Source: Somniosus microcephalus
Lineage: Eukaryota
Direction: 5' to 3'
DNA length: 64,000 bases
Assembly: GCA_052327205.1 (NCBI GenBank)
Contig: CM126213.1
Coordinates: 201,810,001-201,874,000, forward strand
This document shows positions 26,806 through 39,239 of this stretch, one piece after another. A program made the translations under genes and the position numbers. The notes beneath the pieces were generated by a model. The model was not told where the DNA came from, ran no database searches, and saw only the letters and a program-made list of their open reading frames with translations. The stretch's first letter is position 1, and each line of letters opens with the position of its first letter.

Positions 26806-27587
26806 ACCCTCTTTCCCTGTAGCCCTGCAATTTTTTTTCCTTCAGGTACTTATCCAATTTTCCTTTGGGAAAACCACAATTGAGTCTGCCTCCACCACCC
26901 TCTCAGGCAGTGCATTCCAGATCCTGACCACTCGCTGCGTAAAAAAGATTTTCCTCCTGTCGCCTTTGATTCTTCTGCCAATCACCTTAAATCTGTGTCC
27001 TCTGGTTCTCAACCCTTCCACCAATGGGAATAGTTTCTCTCTATCTACTCTGTCTAGACCCCTCATGATTTTGAACACCTCTATCAGATCGCCTCTCAAC
27101 CTTCTCTGCTCCAAGGAGAACAACCCCAGCTTCTCCAGTCTATTCATGTAACTGAAGTCCCTCATCCCTGGAACCATTCTTGTAAATCTTTTTTGCACCC
27201 TCTCTAAGGCCTTCACATCCTTCCTAAAGTGCGGTGCCCAGAATTGGACACAATACTCCAGTTGTGGCTGAACCAGTGTTTTATAAAGGTTCATCATAAC
27301 TTCCTTGCTTTTGTACTCTCTGCCTCTATTTATGAAGCCCAGGATCCTGTATGCTTTTTTAACCGCTTTCTCAACCTGCCCTGCCACCTTGTGCAATTAC
27401 ACCCCCAGGTCTCTCTGGTCATGCACCCCCTTTAGAGTTGTACCCTATAGTTTATATTGCCTTTCCTCGTTCTTCCGACCAAAATGTATCACTTTGGTAG
27501 ACTGAATATTGGCGACTTTGTTTAGTATCTCCTTTCTTTCTACCTTAATTAAAACATCACAGCAGAACCAGATCCTGCCCTCACTTG

Positions 27588-27736
27588 GGATGGTAATTTT
27601 AACTTTGGGTGATAATGTATAACGGGTGATAATGAATTAGCCACCCACTATACAGGAAAATCGGGAGTGTTGTATAATGGACAGCCAATTCAATATTGTC
27701 CATTTTACACTATCGCCGAAAGTTAAGATTACCACC
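27588..27736. mobile_element. Hairpin-like MITE
   Basis: The ~65-bp arms are imperfect reverse complements (ggtaattttaactttgggtgataatgta / tacactatcgccgaaagttaagattacc). Confidence 0.65.
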
Positions 27737-27757
27737 TTAGTGTCCGCAGACACATGA

Positions 27758-27915
27758 GGAGTATTTTTACTTTCAGAAAACTAAACGGTTGTGGCTCGGC
27801 TGCCCATTAAAAACCCTGCCCATTTTTCCTTTCCAGGAAAATTAGGCGGGGTGTAGAACGGGCAGCCGATCCGCAACCTGCATCTTTTGCCCACTCTGAA
27901 AGTTAAAATCACCCC
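27758..27915. mobile_element. Second hairpin-like MITE with related termini
   Basis: tttactttcaga...tcggctgccc...gggcagccga...tctgaaagttaaaatcacccc; the whole unit is an imperfect palindrome. Confidence 0.6.
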
Positions 27916-28270
27916 TCTAGTATCTAGCAAGATAGTTAGCAAGAATGGGAATATTGACTAATTTTTCTCTACCTAACCCAGAAGCACTGAAGCCAATTGC
28001 AGTGACCATAACACCACTTCAGCTGTCATCAGCTAATTCAGCACAGACCAGGGGTCAAACCCTGAACTTTCCTGGTATGTATGATCCAGCTATTAACTGC
28101 TTTAACTTGGTGAATTATCAGGGGAGCCATATGGAGCTCTGTCCTGTTTATTGTTGTCTATTAGTTCATAAATACGGTTAAAACATTACATCATTGTCCT
28201 TCATTAAGTTGCCAAAACGCTAAATAAATTAACAATACAGCTTCAAAAATGAACAGTAATTTCTTTTTAC

Positions 28271-28314
28271 CTCTGTGCTTTCTGGAATGGTCCCATTGCT
28301 AGACGGCACTGGTG
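28271..28314 (-). CDS. CEACAM-like receptor, cytoplasmic exon 3
   Basis: ttttgtctttacag|...|gtaaaa, 44 bp, phase 1-0. Translates (T)PVPSSNGTIPESTE. A downstream terminal exon was not identified. Confidence 0.6.
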
Positions 28315-30546
28315 CTGTAAAGACAAAATGCACATATATTATTAGTCATAATATCACCTGAAGAAATTTGAGGTTTCAGTGATGCTGTGCTCTTGTTGGC
28401 CAAGCTTCCTATTTCCCCTCCAAAAATGTTCACACATTAGGGCTTAATCTGCTTAATATGTAGATTAATAGGAAAATAATAGGATTTTAAAGCTAAGCTG
28501 TCAAGATTTCTCCATGACTATTGCCAACAGCGTTCTGCTCAGCTGGCAGGAGGTATAATTAAACCACTGCAAACTGCTCTTTAGCAGATCTTCCATTGCT
28601 GCTTTCAAATTTTGTGTAAATCTCTCACTAGTTCATTCTCCCAAACTAAGGGGAACCACCTTTGAACTAGAGACACCCCTATGGCTCAAGTTGGAGCTGC
28701 AGGTGAGGAGTTAAGAGGTGTTGATGAGCCTAGCATTGTTAATTTAGTATGAATAAATACAACAGTATATATGTAGAGTGACCACTCAAAATCGGCTCAA
28801 ACGGTTAAAAGAGAACATACTTAACAATCCTCCGAACACCATTATCCTTCTTAAGTTACATTGCTTTGATCATTTCTCATAAGTGTTTAACTAAAGATGG
28901 CAGCCATACTTTCCCATTTTGCGGAAGGCATGTACTTCAATTAGTTTTATAAAATTGTACGCCATTTGTAAGTTGGCTGCTTTACACAAGATGCTTTTGT
29001 TGTTGGTTGGCATTTCCTGTGAAGAAAAATCTGGAGAAAAAATTCTAAAAAATCAAATTCAAGTTATGTCGTATCAAGTCTTGTTCCATTTTCATATGAC
29101 GTTATATGGAAAACGAACAGTGAAATAATTTATCTGCATATTATTTTATGTCATGGCTGGGAAATATAATATTTCAAATATAAAATAATGTAATATTACC
29201 AAACTAGCAGGAGAGGTAACACTATCCTTGTCAACTAACACATTTCTCCCAGGGGTGCACTTTTGTTAGGATGAACTGCCTCCAACCAGTGTATTTGCAG
29301 CTTATGGCTGGTTATTAGGGATCCAGTGTCTGGAACTTAGTCAATAGAGGCATACTTCCGAGTCAAGGTGAGCACTTAGTCTATAGCCTCGACAAAATCC
29401 TTAGGTGGGATCCCTATGGCCCAGTTGACTGCTGCCTATAAGTATGCTAGGAGCCCACCTCTGTCACACAGATACTAGTGGCTGTCATAGTGGGTATTAT
29501 ACAAATACAGTTACAAGCTGCATGATATGCCATATTGAAGGCTTTATGGAGATGCATCCAAGCAGTGCAACTGTTTTTCCCTAGTAACACCAAAAACTGG
29601 CAAATAATCCGTGATCATCAGTAGATCAGGCCATCCTGGCATGTAGATCAGAATTGTTGGCGATCCTTGATGCACTCAGGAATGCATATGGCTTTGTACA
29701 AGATTGTACAATGTTGTATAGCTAATATAAAACCTACTTATATTGCTTTAATTTATCCTCTTAACTATATCTGACTGCCCTACCTTTGCCAATGGCTGGG
29801 GAAGGTCCTTAAAAACAAATGAGTGCATTGCTATTCAAAAATCGTAGCTGGCTCCAATGGCACATTGGTTCAGGAGCAGAGATTATCCATGGGTATCAGA
29901 AAGCAGCACCACTTTATTTCATTTCCTATATGATCAAGCTACAATTGTAGCACTGGCATGATTCGCCAGTTTGTACACCCCTGTGATAAGCTTCCATAGC
30001 CCTTAGTCAATCTGTTCTAAAGTGGGAAGCATTACACATTGAATAAAGAATTAACATACTTTCACTGATCCTTTTGAAATGCAAGTCGCCCATTTCACAC
30101 TAGACCAGTTTTAGCCACATCATCTCCTAACCCATCTCTATTGAAACACAAATTTATTGGTAAAAAGGACTAGGGTAGTAAGAGACCAAACCAAACAATA
30201 ATAAAGAATCCTACAAAACAATGAATCATAATACAGATGCAACCTTATTAGAGATGACCAACATTGCAACTGTGAATAGGTCATAATGATACAACCATAA
30301 ATAATAGTTGATCCATAAAAATGTACACTTCTTGCTTCAGTAAGAATTCCACACCCTTGCCTGCTGAATGCCTGCAGTAGAAATATATTAGCTCTTCAAC
30401 TGAACAATCATGATGTCTTTTCGCTACTCTGAGTTGGTAGAAGGAATGCAAAATCTGTGCATAATGGGAGCCATCAAATTGACCTTTTATAAAGAAGCAG
30501 GAAATATAAATTAGGAAAATAAAGACATTGATGCAAATGTACTTAC

Positions 30547-30603
30547 TTTGATTGTAGGGCGGTTTTCTTTCAACTGTTGCATACTCTGTTTGTGATGAAG
30601 GGG
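30547..30603 (-). CDS. CEACAM-like receptor, cytoplasmic exon 2 with ITSM (TEYATV)
   Basis: tctttcaacacag|...|gtaagt, 57 bp, phase 1-1. Translates (T)PSSQTEYATVERKPPYNQ, containing TxYxxV. Confidence 0.75.
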
Positions 30604-30848
30604 CTGTGTTGAAAGATATAATACAGCTTTGAGCTAAACATGTGCCGTTGTCAAATATTTGCAAGCTGGCATCAACCTTTGTTGTCTACTGATAGTGGTA
30701 TGCGAGTAGTTTATTTGCAAAGCATGATATTGTTAATGCATTAGTTTCTGTTATTCAGGCGCAGAAATAAGGGTTAAAAAAATTAATAAGAATTGCTGAA
30801 ATTTGCACTGGCATAGCGGCATGGATAATGCGGAACTATTTTACTTAC

Positions 30849-30901
30849 TGTTTCCTGGTGAAGCCATTTTGATATCATTTTGTTGTGATCCACCTTTCGC
30901 C
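30849..30901 (-). CDS. CEACAM-like receptor, cytoplasmic exon 1 (53 bp)
   Basis: cattttag-type acceptor (attcatttag|) and |gtaagt donor; phase 2-1, matching the TM exon and the next exon. Translates (R)AKGGSQQNDIKMASPGN. Confidence 0.7.
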
Positions 30902-31447
30902 CTAAATGAATATTACATAATAGATGGGCTTGTAGGTTTCTCAGCAGAATTTACATTCACTAAATATATGATTCACAGCCAAGGTATATGTTATATTTAT
31001 TAATAGCCTCACAATATTAATGAGAACTGTTAGATTTTACTGATGGGCACCAAAAGTTCATGAATACAGAAGCAGATGTTTCTAATATATGTGTTGATAT
31101 GTATAAACAGAGTCCAGCAAAAATATTATTGGAGCGAAGTACTTCAAATGACGGTGACAGGTAACGGAGGACTGTATAATCATTATCTACAACTCAGTGC
31201 TAGTACTGCAGATGTTTCTGGTTATCAACGAATGACGAACATGCTCACCACCACTTCAGGGTGTTATAATGTAGAGTCAAGGTCAAGCAACTACTGTTAA
31301 AGAGCCAATGTAAAGTAATATACATCTTCCATTTCTTACCATCTCATCATTTCTTGAACCCAATAGAGTTGTTCAGAAAAATGGCAATGGTATTTGTTAA
31401 ATATCCAATTCAACACTGGCTGCATGCAAGATTCTGTTTATTTAAAT

Positions 31448-32121
31448 GGGCTGTTTATTCCGAGCATATTCTACGTGCTGTGTACACACCCGTAGGGACA
31501 TCGGAAATGCCGGTTTCTGTCAAGATCGGACGCCTGCCCTGGAGAATGGCCAGCGGACAGAGAGTTCCGCTTTGTGGAGAACCTTCGCCCACAGAAAACC
31601 CCGAAAATTCTTACGCTTGGTAAAAGCAGCATAAGAGTTGAAAAAAGTCAACAAAAATTTTTTTTTCCCCCACTCATTTATCATTTAAAAATACTTTTTA
31701 AAAAGGTAAGTTTATTTATAGTCCCGTAAAAAACTTTATTTTTTTCAAAAAATTAAATTTTGTTTAAAATATTTAATTTATTGTAATTTCAACTCATTAA
31801 AAAAATTTGATTAAAAAAAATATTTAATGTTTTACAGTACTATGTTTTTGGGGTGATCTCCATTCATATATTTGACAGGTCTATCTGTCCAGTGTATGAA
31901 GGGAGATTCCCTTCTCCTATTGGCTCCCCATGGCCCACGTGATCCCCGGGATGCTTGCGAACCACATGCGCCTCTCGGATACGTCGGCCCTGCGTATTTC
32001 GAGTTTGGAGAGGCCCAGGAGCGGAAGTATATGCGCCTTGGGAGCCCTCAGGTAAGTCCGTAGATTTTTCCTGATCGGAGGCCTCCGCATGCAGGAAGCC
32101 TCCGATCGGAAAATATGGGCC
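31448..32121. mobile_element. Non-autonomous Harbinger-like DNA transposon
   Basis: gggc...ggcc ends, AAT 3-bp TSD; its right end is homologous (inverted) to 58571-58850. Confidence 0.65.
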
Positions 32122-32667
32122 AATATCTAAATCTGTAAAAACCTAGGGCAATATTTATTACACCCATTTTATTCCAATCACTTGTGTACAATTTAGAATA
32201 GAATTAATATATTTTATTTGAAATAAATCAATATAAAATGTTCCCACAGAATGAAGGATATGCATTACATATTCGTAAGTGGGTAACAAAAAAATGAAAA
32301 TAACAAGAACAAGTGTCTGACAAATAATGATAACCCTAATTCAGAGAAATAGAAAGGCAGTGGAATATGGAACCAAATGGAAAGGAAGTATCGGATTTCT
32401 AGCACTTTACCAGTTTTCCTGTTTGTGCTATTTCCAAATGCCTCACTTTACATAATATTTGTGCCAGCTTTAAGGCTGTACAATAGAAAAGTGATTCAGT
32501 ATTGTATTTACCTGCAGAAGTAAGTAAATAAGGTATAAAAGCTGAGGAACTGATTTAATTTTAAAATACTAAATTAAATTTTAGTTGATATCCCCAAGTT
32601 ACTTTAGTGACCATATTTTTTTTAAAGTAATAACTCAAATGCCACATGGGTAATTTCCTGAGTGTTT

Positions 32668-35600
32668 CTCTCTTCCCCCCCAGTCGCTCTCTCTTCCCCC
32701 CCACTCGCTCTCTCTCTTTCCCCCCACTCGCTCTCTCTCTTTCCCCCCACTCGCTCTCTCTCTTTCCCCCCACTCGCTCTCTCTCTTCCCCCCCACTCGC
32801 TCTCTCTCTTCCCCCCCAGTCGCTCTCTCTTCCCCCCCACTCGCTCTCTCTCTTCCCCCCCACTCGCTCTCTCTCTTCCCCCCCACTCGCTCGCTCTCTT
32901 CCCCCCCACTCGCGCTCTCTCTTCCCCCCCCACTCGCTCTCTCTCTTCCCCCCACTCGCTCTCTCTCTTCCCCCCCCACTCGCTCTCTCTCTTCCCCCCA
33001 CTCGCTCTCTCTCTCCCCCCCCACTCGCTCTCTCTCTCCCCCCCACTCGCTCTCTCTCTCCCCCCCACTCGCTCTCTCTCTTCCCCCCCACTCGCTCTCT
33101 CTCNNNNNNNNNNNNNNNNNNNNNNNNNNNNNNNNNNNNNNNNNNNNNNNNNNNNNNNNNNNNNNNNNNNNNNNNNNNNNNNNNNNNNNNNNNNNNNNNN
33201 NNNNNNNNNNNNNNNNNNNNNNNNNNNNNNNNNNNNNNNNNTCTTCCCCCCCCGCTCTCTCTCTCTTTCCCCCCCCCCGCTCTCTCTCTCTTTCCCCCCC
33301 CCGCTCTCTCTCTCTTCCCCCCCCCCGCTCTCTCTTCCCCCCCCCCGCTCTCTCTCTCTTCCCCCCCCCGCTCTCTCTCTCTTCCCCCCCCGCTCTCTCT
33401 CTCTTCCCCCCCCCGCTCTCTCTCTCTTCCCCCCCCGCTCTCTCTCTCTTCCCCCCCCGCTCTCTCTCTCTTCCCCCCCCGCTCTCTCTCTCTTCCCCCC
33501 CCGCTCTCTCTCTCTTCCCCCCCACTCGCTCTCTCTCTTTCCCCCCCCACTCGCTCGCTCTCTTCCCCCCCACTCGCGCTCTCTCTTCCCCCCCCACTCG
33601 CGCTCTCTCTTCCCCCCCCCACTCGCTCTCTCTTCCCCCCCACTCGCTCTCTCTCTTCCCCCCCACTCGCTCTCTCTCTTCCCCCCCACTCGCTCTCTCT
33701 CTTCCCCCCCACTCGCTCTCTCTCTTCCCCCCACTCGCTCTCTCTCTTCCCCCCCCACTCGCTCTCTCTCTTCCCCCCACTCGCTCTCTCTCTCCCCCCC
33801 ACTCGCTCTCTCTCTCCCCCCCACTCGCTCTCTCTCTCCCCCCCACTCGCTCTCTCTCTCCCCCCCACTCGCTCTCTCTCTTCCCCCCCACTCGCTCTCT
33901 CTCTTCCCCCCCACTCGCTCTCTCTCTCTTCCCCCCCCCGCTCTCTCTCTCTCTCTCTTCCCCCCCCGCTCTCTCTCTCTCTCTTCCCCCCCCGCTCTCT
34001 CTCTCTCTCTCTCTTCCCCCGCCGCTCTCTCTCTCTCTTCCCCCCCCGCTCTCTCTCTCTTTCCCCCCCCCGCTCTCTCTCTCTTCCCCCCCCCGCTCTC
34101 TCTTCCCCCCCCCGCTCTCTCTTCCCCCCCCCGCTCTCTCTCTCTTCCCCCCCCCGCTCTCTCTCTCTTCCCCCCCCGCTCTCTCTCTCTCTTCCCCCCC
34201 CCGCTCTCTCTCTCTTCCCCCCCCGCTCTCTCTCTCTTCCCCCCCCGCTCTCTCTCTCTTCCCCCCCCGCTCTCTCTCTCTTCCCCCCCCGCTCTCTCTC
34301 TCTTCCCCCCCCGCTCTCTCTCTCTTCCCCCCCCGCTCTCTCTCTCTTCCCCCCCCCGCTCTCTCTCTCTTCCCCCCCCCGCTCTCTCTCTCTTCCCCCC
34401 CCCGCTCTCTCTCTCTTCCCCCCCCCGCTCTCTCTCTCTTCCCCCCCCCGCTCTCTCTCTCTTCCCCCCCCGCTCTCTCTCTCTTTCCCCCCCCGCTCTC
34501 TCTCTCTTTCCCCCCCCGCTCTCTCTCTCTTTCCCCCCCCGCTCTCTCTCTCTTCCCCCCCCCCGCTCTCTCTCTCTTCCCCCCCCGCTCTCTCTCTCTT
34601 CCCCCCCCCCGCTCTCTCTCTCTTCCCCCCCCCGCTCTCTCTCTCTTCCCCCCCCGCTCTCTCTCTCTTCCCCCCCCGCTCTCTCTCNNNNNNNNNNNNN
34701 NNNNNNNNNNNNNNNNNNNNNNNNNNNNNNNNNNNNNNNNNNNNNNNNNNNNNNNNNNNNNNNNNNNNNNNNNNNNNNNNNNNNNNNNNNNNNNNNNNNN
34801 NNNNNNNNNNNNNNNNNNNNNNNNNNNNNNNNNNNNNNNNNNNNNNNNNNNNNNNNNNNNNNNNNNNNNNNNNNNNNNNNNNNNNNNNNNNNNNNNNNNN
34901 NNNNNNNNNNNNNNNNNNNCCCCCCCGCTCTCTCTCTCTCTCCCCCCCCGCTCTCTCTCTCGCCCCCCCCCCGCTCTCTCTCTCTCTCTCTCTTCCCCCG
35001 CCGCTCTCTCTCTNNNNNNNNNNNNNNNNNNNNNNNNNNNNNNNNNNNNNNNNNNNNNNNNNNNNNNNNNNNNNNNNNNNNNNNNNNNNNNNNNNNNNNN
35101 NNNNNNNNNNNNNNNNNNNNNNNNNNNNNNNNNNNNNNNNNNNNNNNNNNNNNNNNNNNNNNNNNNNNNNNNNNNNNNNNNNNNNNNNNNNNNNNNNNNN
35201 NNNNNNNNNNNNNNNNNNNNNNNNNNNNNNNNNNNNNNNNNNNNNNNNNNNNNNNNNNNNNNNNNNNCCCCCCCGCTCTCTCTCTCTCTCCCCCCCCGCT
35301 CTCTCTCTCGCCCCCCCCCCGCTCTCTCTCTCTCTCTCTCTTCCCCCGCCGCTCTCTCTCTNNNNNNNNNNNNNNNNNNNNNNNNNNNNNNNNNNNNNNN
35401 NNNNNNNNNNNNNNNNNNNNNNNNNNNNNNNNNNNNNNNNNNNNNNNNNNNNNNNNNNNNNNNNNNNNNNNNNNNNNNNNNNNNNNNNNNNNNTCTTCCC
35501 CCCCCGCTCTCTCTCTCTTTCCCCCCCCCGCTCTCTCTCTCTTCCCCCCCCCCGCTCTCTCTTCCCCCCCCCGCTCTCTCTCTCTTCCCCCCCCCGCTCT

Positions 35601-36941
35601 CTCTCTCTTCCCCCCCCCGCTCTCTCTCTCTTCCCCCCCCCGCTCTCTCTCTCTCTTCCCCCCCCCGCTCTCTCTCTCTTCCCCCCCCGCTCTCTCTCTC
35701 TTCCCCCCCCGCTCTCTCTCTCTTCCCCCCCCGCTCTCTCTCTCTTCCCCCCCCGCTCTCTCTCTCTTCCCCCCCCGCTCTCTCTCTCTTCCCCCCCCGC
35801 TCTCTCTCTCTTCCCCCCCCCGCTCTCTCTCTCTTCCCCCCCCCGCTCTCTCTCTCTTCCCCCCCCCGCTCTCTCTCTCTTCCCCCCCCCGCTCTCTCTC
35901 TCTTCCCCCCCCCGCTCTCTCTCTCTTCCCCCCCCGCTCTCTCTCTCTTTCCCCCCCCGCTCTCTCTCTCTTTCCCCCCCCGCTCTCTCTCTCTTTCCCC
36001 CCCGCTCTCTCTCTCTTCCCCCCCCCGCTCTCTCTCTCTTCCCCCCCCGCTCTCTCTCTCTTCCCCCCCCCCGCTCTCTCTCTCTTCCCCCCCCCGCTCT
36101 CTCTCTCTTCCCCCCCCGCTCTCTCTCTCTTCCCCCCCCGCTCTCTCTNNNNNNNNNNNNNNNNNNNNNNNNNNNNNNNNNNNNNNNNNNNNNNNNNNNN
36201 NNNNNNNNNNNNNNNNNNNNNNNNNNNNNNNNNNNNNNNNNNNNNNNNNNNNNNNNNNNNNNNNNNNNNNNNNNNNNNNNNNNNNNNNNNNNNNNNNNNN
36301 NNNNNNNNNNNNNNNNNNNNNNNNNNNNNNNNNNNNNNNNNNNNNNNNNNNNNNNNNNNNNNNNNNNNNNNNNNNNNNNNNNNNNNNNNNNNNNNNNNNN
36401 NNNCCCCCCGCTCTCTCTCTCCCCCCCCGCTCTCTCTCTCTCTCTCCCCCCCCCGCTCTCTCTCTCTCTCCCCCCCCGCTCTCTCTCTCNNNNNNNNNNN
36501 NNNNNNNNNNNNNNNNNNNNNNNNNNNNNNNNNNNNNNNNNNNNNNNNNNNNNNNNNNNNNNNNNNNNNNNNNNNNNNNNNNNNNNNNNNNNNNNNNNNN
36601 NNNNNNNNNNNNNNNNNNNNNNNNNNNNNNNNNNNNNNNNNNNNNNNNNNNNNNNNNNNNNNNTTCCCCCCCCGCTCTCTCTCTCTCTCTCTCCCCCCCC
36701 GCTCTCTCTCTCTCCCCCCCCGCTCTCTCTCTCTCTCTCCCCCCCCGCTCTCTCTNNNNNNNNNNNNNNNNNNNNNNNNNNNNNNNNNNNNNNNNNNNNN
36801 NNNNNNNNNNNNNNNNNNNNNNNNNNNNNNNNNNNNNNNNNNNNNNNNNNNNNNNNNNNNNNNNNNNNNNNNNNNNNNNNNNNNNNNNNNNNNNNNNNNN
36901 NNNNNNNNNNNNNNNNNNNNNNNNNNNNNNNTCTCTCTCTT
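32668..36941. repeat. Polypyrimidine/polypurine minisatellite (~20-23 bp units), with seven N gaps
   Basis: Units tt(c)6-9actcg(ct)n and tt(c)7-10g(ct)n; gaps indicate that the true length is unresolved. Confidence 0.95.
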
Positions 36942-36966
36942 CCAACAACAACATGCCCTCGAAAAA

Positions 36967-36996
36967 GCCTCGGCACTGCCGGGCACCCCCTGCTAG
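36967..36996 (+). mobile_element. Helitron-like 3' terminus (hairpin + CTAG)
   Basis: gcctcggcactgccgggc hairpin, 8 nt spacer, then CTAG followed by T; CR1 sequence starts immediately after. Confidence 0.55.
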
Positions 36997-38100
36997 TACT
37001 TTTATATATTGTACGTCTTGCCATAAAACCCAGTGTTCCATTGGCTTTTTTATGGCCTTATCCATTGGAGGCACTGCTTTTAATGTCTTGTGAACGTTAA
37101 CACCCAAATCCTTCTGCTCATCCACATCACCCAGCCTTCCCCCATTCAAAGTATAAAATTTTACTTATTTTGTACAAAAATGTACTGCCTCACATTTACT
37201 GACATTGAATTCCATCTGCCATTTTTTTCCCCATCCCACCATCTTATAACTATCGTCTTGCAGATTTATTTGGTCCTCAATGATTTACTATGGTTGGTAT
37301 TTTAGTATTGTATAAAAATTGGACACTGCTTTATAGTGCTATAGCGAAATCATTTAACAGTGAACAAAAGCGATCCCAGAACACCACTTGTGTCACCATT
37401 ACCCACTTCCAATCACTTTCAGAAATTGCCCTTCACTCCTACTCTCTTTCTCCCTTCTAACCTGTTTTAATCCAATTTGCTATCCTCTCCCCTAATTTCA
37501 TATCCCTTAATCTGTAATAGTCTGCTGTGTGGTGCCTTGTCAGAGGCTTTCTGAAAGTCCACGTATACCACACCCACTGCATTTCCTCTGCACTCTTTTC
37601 ACTTTTACTTTTTTCAATCAGCAAATTTAGAGATTGTGTTCCTTATACTACAGTCTATATATACCGAGAACAAAAGTGGACCCAGCACTGACCCCAAGGG
37701 TGTGCAACCTATCTCCAGTTCAAGCAACATATATTTATTTATCTTTGTTTCATGCTGCTAAATTCCCTTTTATACCATAAGCCTTAAATTTTTCAGAAGT
37801 CTCTTATTGAAAAGCTTCTGAAAACTCAAACACTACATCTACTGTATTCTTTTTAGGTCTACATCTACTGCATTCTTTTTAGGTCTCCAATCAGTCAAAA
37901 TCTATTCATGTTTATTAATTTCATCTTGAATTATAGATTCTTAGAGTTTGCCCACAGCTGATGATCAACTAACTGGTCTATAGTTATTCTTCTCCCTTTT
38001 CTTGAACAAGGGTGCAAGTGACTATATTCCAGTCCTGTGGTACAATTTGCAAATTCAAAAGTTGCGATTGGAGCCTCCATATCCTCTCTGACTATTTTCA
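36997..38100 (-). mobile_element. Old CR1 RT remnants
   Basis: EQKDLGVNVH, ANGTLGFMAR and DFQKASDK-like fragments on the minus strand. Confidence 0.65.
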
Positions 38101-39239
38101 TCTGTAATTGATTCAGGCAGAGAATTCCACAACCTAGATATTTACATTAATGTAAACATATGCAAATGACAGAATTATATCATCTGATGTATTTTCTGAC
38201 ATTGGTGCTGTAGCAACAATAGATACAGGGGATATGCGATCGTCCCTAGTGTCCAACATATGCCATAGTCGTGCAGGAGGGATTTTAATTTTTAATTTTC
38301 CTAAAGCCAGCGTGGAAGAAGCAAACACCATCAATAAGATCATGGCTGATCTTAGACCTCAACTCCACTTTCCCGCCCAATCCCCATAACACTTGATTCC
38401 CCCAAGAGTCAAAACATCTATCGATCTCAGCCTTGAATATACTCAGACTCAGCATCCACAGCCCTCTGGGGCAGAGAATTCCAAAGATTCACCACCCTCT
38501 GAGTGAAGAAATTCCTCCTCATCTCAGTCTTAAATGGCTGACCCCATATCCTGAGACTATGCTCCCTAATTCTGGACTCTCCAGCCAGGAGGAAAACAAC
38601 CTCTCAGCATCTACCCTTTCAATCCCCCTCAGAATTTTATATGTTTCAATGAGATCACCTCTCATTCTTCTAAACTCCAGAGATTATAGGGCCAATCTAC
38701 TCAATCGCTCCTCATAGGACAGCCCTCTCATCCAGAGATCAATCAAGTGAACCTTCATTGCGCTGCCTGTAAGGCATGTATGTCCTTTCTCAGATAAGGA
38801 GACCAAAACTGTGCACAGTACTCCAGGTGTGGTCTCACTTAAGGAGTAAGACTTCCTTACTCTTATACTCCAACCCCCTTGCAATAAAGGCCAACATGCC
38901 ATTTGCCTTCCTAATTGCTTGCTGTAGGTACACGCTAACTTTATGTGTTTCCTGTACGAGGACATGTAAATCTCTCTGAACACCAACGTTTAATGGTTTC
39001 TCACCATTTGAAAAATATTCTGTTTTTCTATTCTTCCTACCAATGTGAATAACTTCACATTTCCTTTCATTATCCTCCATCTGCCACCTTATTGCCCTTT
39101 TACTTAACCTGCCTAAATCCCTTTGCAGGCTCTTGGTGGCCTCCTCACAGCTTACTTTCCCACCTAGTTTTGTATCATCAGCAAACTTGGATACATTGCA
39201 CTCGGTCCCTTCATCTAAGTCATTAATATATATTGTAAA

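Larger units (their letters stand above)
20755..27495 (-). mobile_element. CR1 element A (outer), split into 20755-20852 and ~26806-27495
   Basis: The two halves join into the same contiguous tail sequence seen uninterrupted at 55677-55883; ORF 26842-27396 is RT C-terminus. Confidence 0.8.

Noticed and set aside
32668-36941. Possible CRISPR-like array
   Set aside because: No unique spacers, vertebrate context, no cas genes.
32561-37149. Five 1444-1504 aa ORFs (ER/G-rich or LSP-rich)
   Set aside because: Translations of a stop-free minisatellite and N gaps, open on both strands; not genes.
38134-38343. 69-aa minus-strand ORF in the intron
   Set aside because: No recognisable motif or convincing donor site; phases of the gene model close without it.
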